From: Macrostomum lignano
Taxonomy: Eukaryota
Reading direction: 5' to 3'
Assembly (NCBI GenBank): GCA_002269645.1
Contig: NIVC01001058.1
Coordinates: 156-64,155, forward strand
DNA: 64,000 nucleotides
The notes beneath the pieces were generated by a model, which worked only from the letters and a program-made list of their open reading frames with translations, made no database searches and had not been told where the DNA came from. This document shows, piece after piece, positions 60,101 through 64,000 of this stretch; the stretch's first letter is position 1, and each line of letters opens with the position of its first letter. Both the position numbers and the translations under genes were made by a program.

Positions 60101-60214
60101 CTCAAACTGTTGAAGCTGCAGCAGAGCTCTGGCAGTGCTGCCAGTCTTGTGAATGGAATCGATTCAGTGGTGTGCAACGGCACGTCGACTGAGTGTTTTT
60201 GTTTGCTTCAATAG
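57190..60214 (+). CDS. USP36: Ubiquitin-specific protease of the USP36/USP42 (scrawny) type; exon 57190-59582 with an apparent -1 frameshift near 59005, next exon from 60035
   Basis: N-terminal LLEQRLEFVP motif, Cys box GFANEGNYCYMISVLQAL, QEDAHEF, Zn CxxC pairs, His box IHQGSSTKFGHYYCY..W..LND, basic KKRKKKEAKRKLK tail. The start codon and 3' end are uncertain. Confidence 0.85.
58650..59365 (+). repeat. Coding tandem repeat (up to 72-bp units, peptide PSNSVAMVTGNGP...) carrying nine GTTGCCATGG(T/C)AAC-like motifs
   Basis: Motifs start at 58657, 58729, 58801, 58870, 58942, 59013, 59085, 59205 and 59352. Confidence 0.9.
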
Positions 60215-60339
60215 TTTTCACATCTTGGACAATTATTTATTTTCATTTGAACATACTCGTCTTCCTTGATTGCAAAACATCAATTAATAAACACTAATTA
60301 ATACAGCAATGATCTAGACAAATTCTGTTCACTCTCCGG

Positions 60340-60740
60340 CTGCCTCCAGCCAGCCGAACCCCCACCCCACTCCCAATGTACACTGCCTCCAGCCAGCCGA
60401 ACCCCCACCCCACTCCTAATGTACACTGCCTCCAGCCAGCCGAACCCCCACCCCACTCCCAATGTACACTGCCTCCAGCCAGCCGAACCCCACTTCACTC
60501 CCAATGTACACTGCCTCCAGCCAGCCGAACCCCCACTTCACTCCCAATGTACACTGCCTCCAGCCAGCCGAACCCCCACTTCACTCCCAATGTACACTGC
60601 CTCCAGCCAGCCGAACCCCCACTTCACTCCCAATGTACACTGCCTCCAGCCATGGCCGAACCCCAACCCCACTCCCAATGTACACTGCCTCCAACCATGG
60701 CCGAACCCCAACCCCACTCCCAATGTACACTGCTTCCAGT
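60340..60740. repeat. 43-bp tandem repeat (about 9 copies)
   Basis: CCTCCAGCCAGCCGAACCCCCACCCCACTCCCAATGTACACTG. Confidence 0.92.
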
Positions 60741-61834
60741 CAGCCAAGTCCTGACCAATTCTAAATTTTGATTTTGTTTAAGCAACAAATTAATAAAGTT
60801 AGGCAATTTTTTCATGTGCCTTTTACGCGCTATCAAAAAGACAATAAAATTACTCGGAATAAGGACATCAATATTGTACCTAATACTTGTTACAATTGAT
60901 TCTTTGCCTAAATAATCACTCATTATGTAATATAGTAATCGATTTTTAATAACTGACTTCTTAATGGTTCATTTTGCTTGATCATATGTCACACATGGCA
61001 GTCATTGAAAGCTTTATTTTTTGTCTGGTAATTTGGATCTACAATGTTTTTATAACTCCATAGTCATTTACTGTTTATAAATGAAAAGAAATTACAGGAC
61101 TGTCACTAATTCTATCCCCGATCAGGTGTCAAGCAGTTTACCTGTCAAGCAGACCTATATTTTCCTAAATTGTAAAAAAAACCATTTTAACTTATTTTTC
61201 CTATTATTCTTGAAGTTTAAAGTTTTAAAGGTTGCTGCCAAAGTGTTCTGTTGTATTGCAATTTTTTTAACAACTGTGCATAACTTAAGCTTTTGAGCAG
61301 TAAATGAATTATTTTAAATAAAAATTGACATCATAATTTTATTTAAAATGGCTTAGATTTAAAGCAGTTTCAAATAATTTCGATTCATATAAATATTTTT
61401 ATCATAGTCAGTGTTAAAATTTAATGGTAGAAGTAGTTCTGGCTATCATAATAATTTTCTCTTCTCCTTTCTAACTAATTTGGTGCGTGGACCTCACAAA
61501 ATGCTGATGGGGTTTTTGACACCTTTTCCTGCTTGATTGCTTGGTTTAAGGTTTTTTGTCTGTTATCTTTTATATAGCAGCTCCTAGCTAATTTCACGCG
61601 TTGCTGCTTCATGTTAGTGCTTTTTGCATTTGTTTTGCCAAAATTATAATTCATTTATCCGCTTCGAGTTTGCTGGCAGACTGCCGGACGGCGTTCATTG
61701 AACTTTTTGGTGTATATTTTGGAGGAATAAAAATTGTTAACCTACTGAGCCTGAGCTCAGTCTGAAGAAATTTGAGCTTTTGTTCTTTGCATTGGCTTTT
61801 TGTTTGATTCTCAAGTCCATATGAAGCAATTAAT

Positions 61835-62235
61835 GATTGTCAGTGTCTATCTGTAGTAGCTGAGTGATTGTCAGTGTCTATCTGCAGTAGCTGAGTGATT
61901 GCCAATGTCTATCTGCGGTGGCTGGGGGATTGTCAGTGTCTATCTGCGGTTGCTGAGTGATTGTCAGTGTCTATCTGCAGTAGCTGAGTGATTGCCAATG
62001 TCTATCTGCGGTGGCTGGGGGATTGTCAGTGTTTATCTGCGGTTGCTGAGTGATTGCCAGTGTCTATCTGCGGTGGCTGGGGGATGCTAGTAGGAATCTG
62101 CGGTAGCTGAGTGACGCCAGTAGGAATCTGCGGTAGCTGAGTGACGCCAGTAGGAATCTGCGGTAGCTGAGTGACGCCAGTAGGAATCTGCGGTAGCTGA
62201 GTGACGCCAGTAGGAATCTGCGGTAGCTGAGTGGC
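61835..62235. repeat. Tandem array grading from 31-bp to 30-bp units
   Basis: GCTGAGTGATTGTCAGTGTCTATCTGCAGTA, then GTAGCTGAGTGACGCCAGTAGGAATCTGCG. Confidence 0.88.
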
Positions 62236-62345
62236 AGACAGCTATTCGCATTTGCAGTTTTCAATTCACAATGCTGGCTAATTCAAAAAGCCGCTCCGCT
62301 CGGCACCGCAGGTTGTGACGCAGCCCAATTGTCATTTTCTGCCTC

Positions 62346-63352
62346 ATGTGGCCGACTGCCAAAGAGTTGCGATCGCTTTGCGACAACAGCCCAAGGGCGC
62401 ACAGGGAATTGCGATCTCTTTATGAGCGCCTGTGGAGCGGTGTGCTCGGGTTGGAACTGCGCCAGGTCATCGATCCCGTGCTGGACTACAAAGACTACGC
62501 TATGACTGTGAGAAGCTATTGCCATGCAAGCGTTTAAATCTCGTGTGTAGTAAGTCTTTGTTCTCGTCATGGGCTCAGACAGTCACTTCAGTAAGTCTTT
62601 ATTCTCGTCATGGGCTCAGGCAGTCTCTTCAGTAGGTCTTTATTCTCGTCATGGGCTCAGCCAGTCTCTTCAGTAGGTCTTTATTCTCGTCATGGGCTTA
62701 GACAGTCTCTTCAGTAGGTCTTTATTCTCGTCATGGGCTTAGACAGTCTCTTCAGTAGGTCTTTATTCTCGTCATGGGCTCGGGCAGTCACTTCAGCAGG
62801 TCTTTGTTCTCTTTATCGGGAAGTATAACTATTGTTTCTGGTTTGCGGTCTCTAGTCTTGAAAAATTTTAGTCACTCTTCAATTAGTCTTTGTTCCAGCC
62901 AGCATATTAGGCAGACTTTTTAAGAGGCCGCTTCCCTAAAAACTGACCGCCCGAATCCTTGTGCAGATAGTCAGCCTGGCCTGGATGAGCCCGACGCGCC
63001 TCTGCGTTTCGGCCAATTCGCGGCAGATTTTCTCCGGCAAGTAACGGACACCCTGGCCGAATCTCAGCTGCCACTCTTGGCCGGCCAGTCCGTCGAGCTG
63101 GACAATTACCAGCGCTATCGAAATTGCCTGTTGGAACGATTCGAAAAATCGCCAATGGATTTCGCGCTGCTAATGCGAGACTGCCTGATTAGAGAGCAGT
63201 GCATCTTTCAGCAGTTCAGCTCGACTGACCAGCCGCTGCCGGCAGACGACGACTGCGGCCCGCCGGCTAGCAAGCAGATCAGGCTGCAGTCCGACGCCCG
63301 TAGGGACAACATCGCGCTGAAGATGCTGCTGGAGACCGGCATCGACTCTGAG
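62346..63352 (+). CDS. STAT-like protein, N-terminal domain only (gene continues beyond the window); exons about 62346-62507 and 62975-63352
   Basis: ELRSLYERLW..LGLELRQVIDPVLDYKDY and YRNCLLERFEKSPMDFALLMRDCLIREQCIF resemble the STAT N-domain pattern (LY..FPMELRQ.LA.W....DW; LQ..F...P......I..CL..E..I). The donor GAG|GTGCGT at 63352 is clear, but the first intron boundaries are ambiguous. Confidence 0.62.
62550..62810. repeat. 41-bp tandem repeat (about 6 copies) in the first intron of the STAT-like gene
   Basis: GTAGGTCTTTATTCTCGTCATGGGCTCAGGCAGTCTCTTCA. Confidence 0.9.
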
Positions 63353-63423
63353 GTGCGTGTGAGATTCGATCTGTTGGAGCTTCAGCTTTTACTTGCGGCT
63401 CTTGTGATAATTAACTCGCTAAT

Positions 63424-63551
<128 letters not shown>

Positions 63552-64000
63552 TGAGATAGCTGCTCTCTTGCTAACTCTACTTACAAGTGAGTAGCCATAG
63601 TATTTATTTATTACCTATGGCAGATGTCAGCGAACTCCGGCCTTCAGGCTGCATGCGGCCCGAAGTCTCTAACTGGCCCTCTGGTCCTTTGAAACTTCAC
63701 AAAAGCACTCTGGCTCTTCAAGGCTTAATATTTCTTCCCAGTTTCTTCTCTTCTCTAAACTCTTCTTTCTTTTCTCCCTCCCCTCTCCCTACTCTCCTCT
63801 TCTCTCTTGTCTTTTCTCCTTTCCACTTCTCATCGGGCCCGCAGACCCTCGAGGTTAAAAAAGTTTTTGGTGACCCCTGTTCTGTGGCACTACAATGTCT
63901 ATTAAAAAAAACTGAACAGGCCCCTAGATTGCAAGAGCTCACCAGCAGCATTCGGAGTACTGCGACACACTTCTGGAGCGCCTGTCAGTCAGGGCAAAGC

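Overview
This is eukaryotic (animal) genomic DNA with spliced genes, GC-rich exons and introns packed with tandem repeats. That style suggests a free-living flatworm such as Macrostomum (inference only). Genes built by hand from splice sites: a PGRMC/MAPR cytochrome-b5-like protein (+), myosin regulatory light chain (-), an unrecognised membrane protein (-), calnexin (-), SRP54 (+), a TSP1-plus-trypsin protease (-), a USP36/42-type deubiquitinase with an apparent frameshift (+), and the 5' part of a STAT-like gene (+). Mobile elements: a Penelope-like GIY-YIG fragment, a degenerate mariner split by an insertion, a hAT-type MITE, a foldback element and two ~1.5 kb inverted copies of an unknown promoter-bearing element. 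More than 20 tandem arrays produce most of the long ORFs in the track, and these ORFs are spurious. No CRISPR, rRNA or tRNA was seen. Best leads: (1) RFX X-box motifs amplified inside the USP coding exon and in an unrelated satellite behind SRP54; (2) CpG-depleted AT-rich zones at the 5' ends of housekeeping genes only; (3) the large inverted repeat with convergent promoters; (4) a tandemly duplicated exon with its donor site. All counts and identities are by eye.
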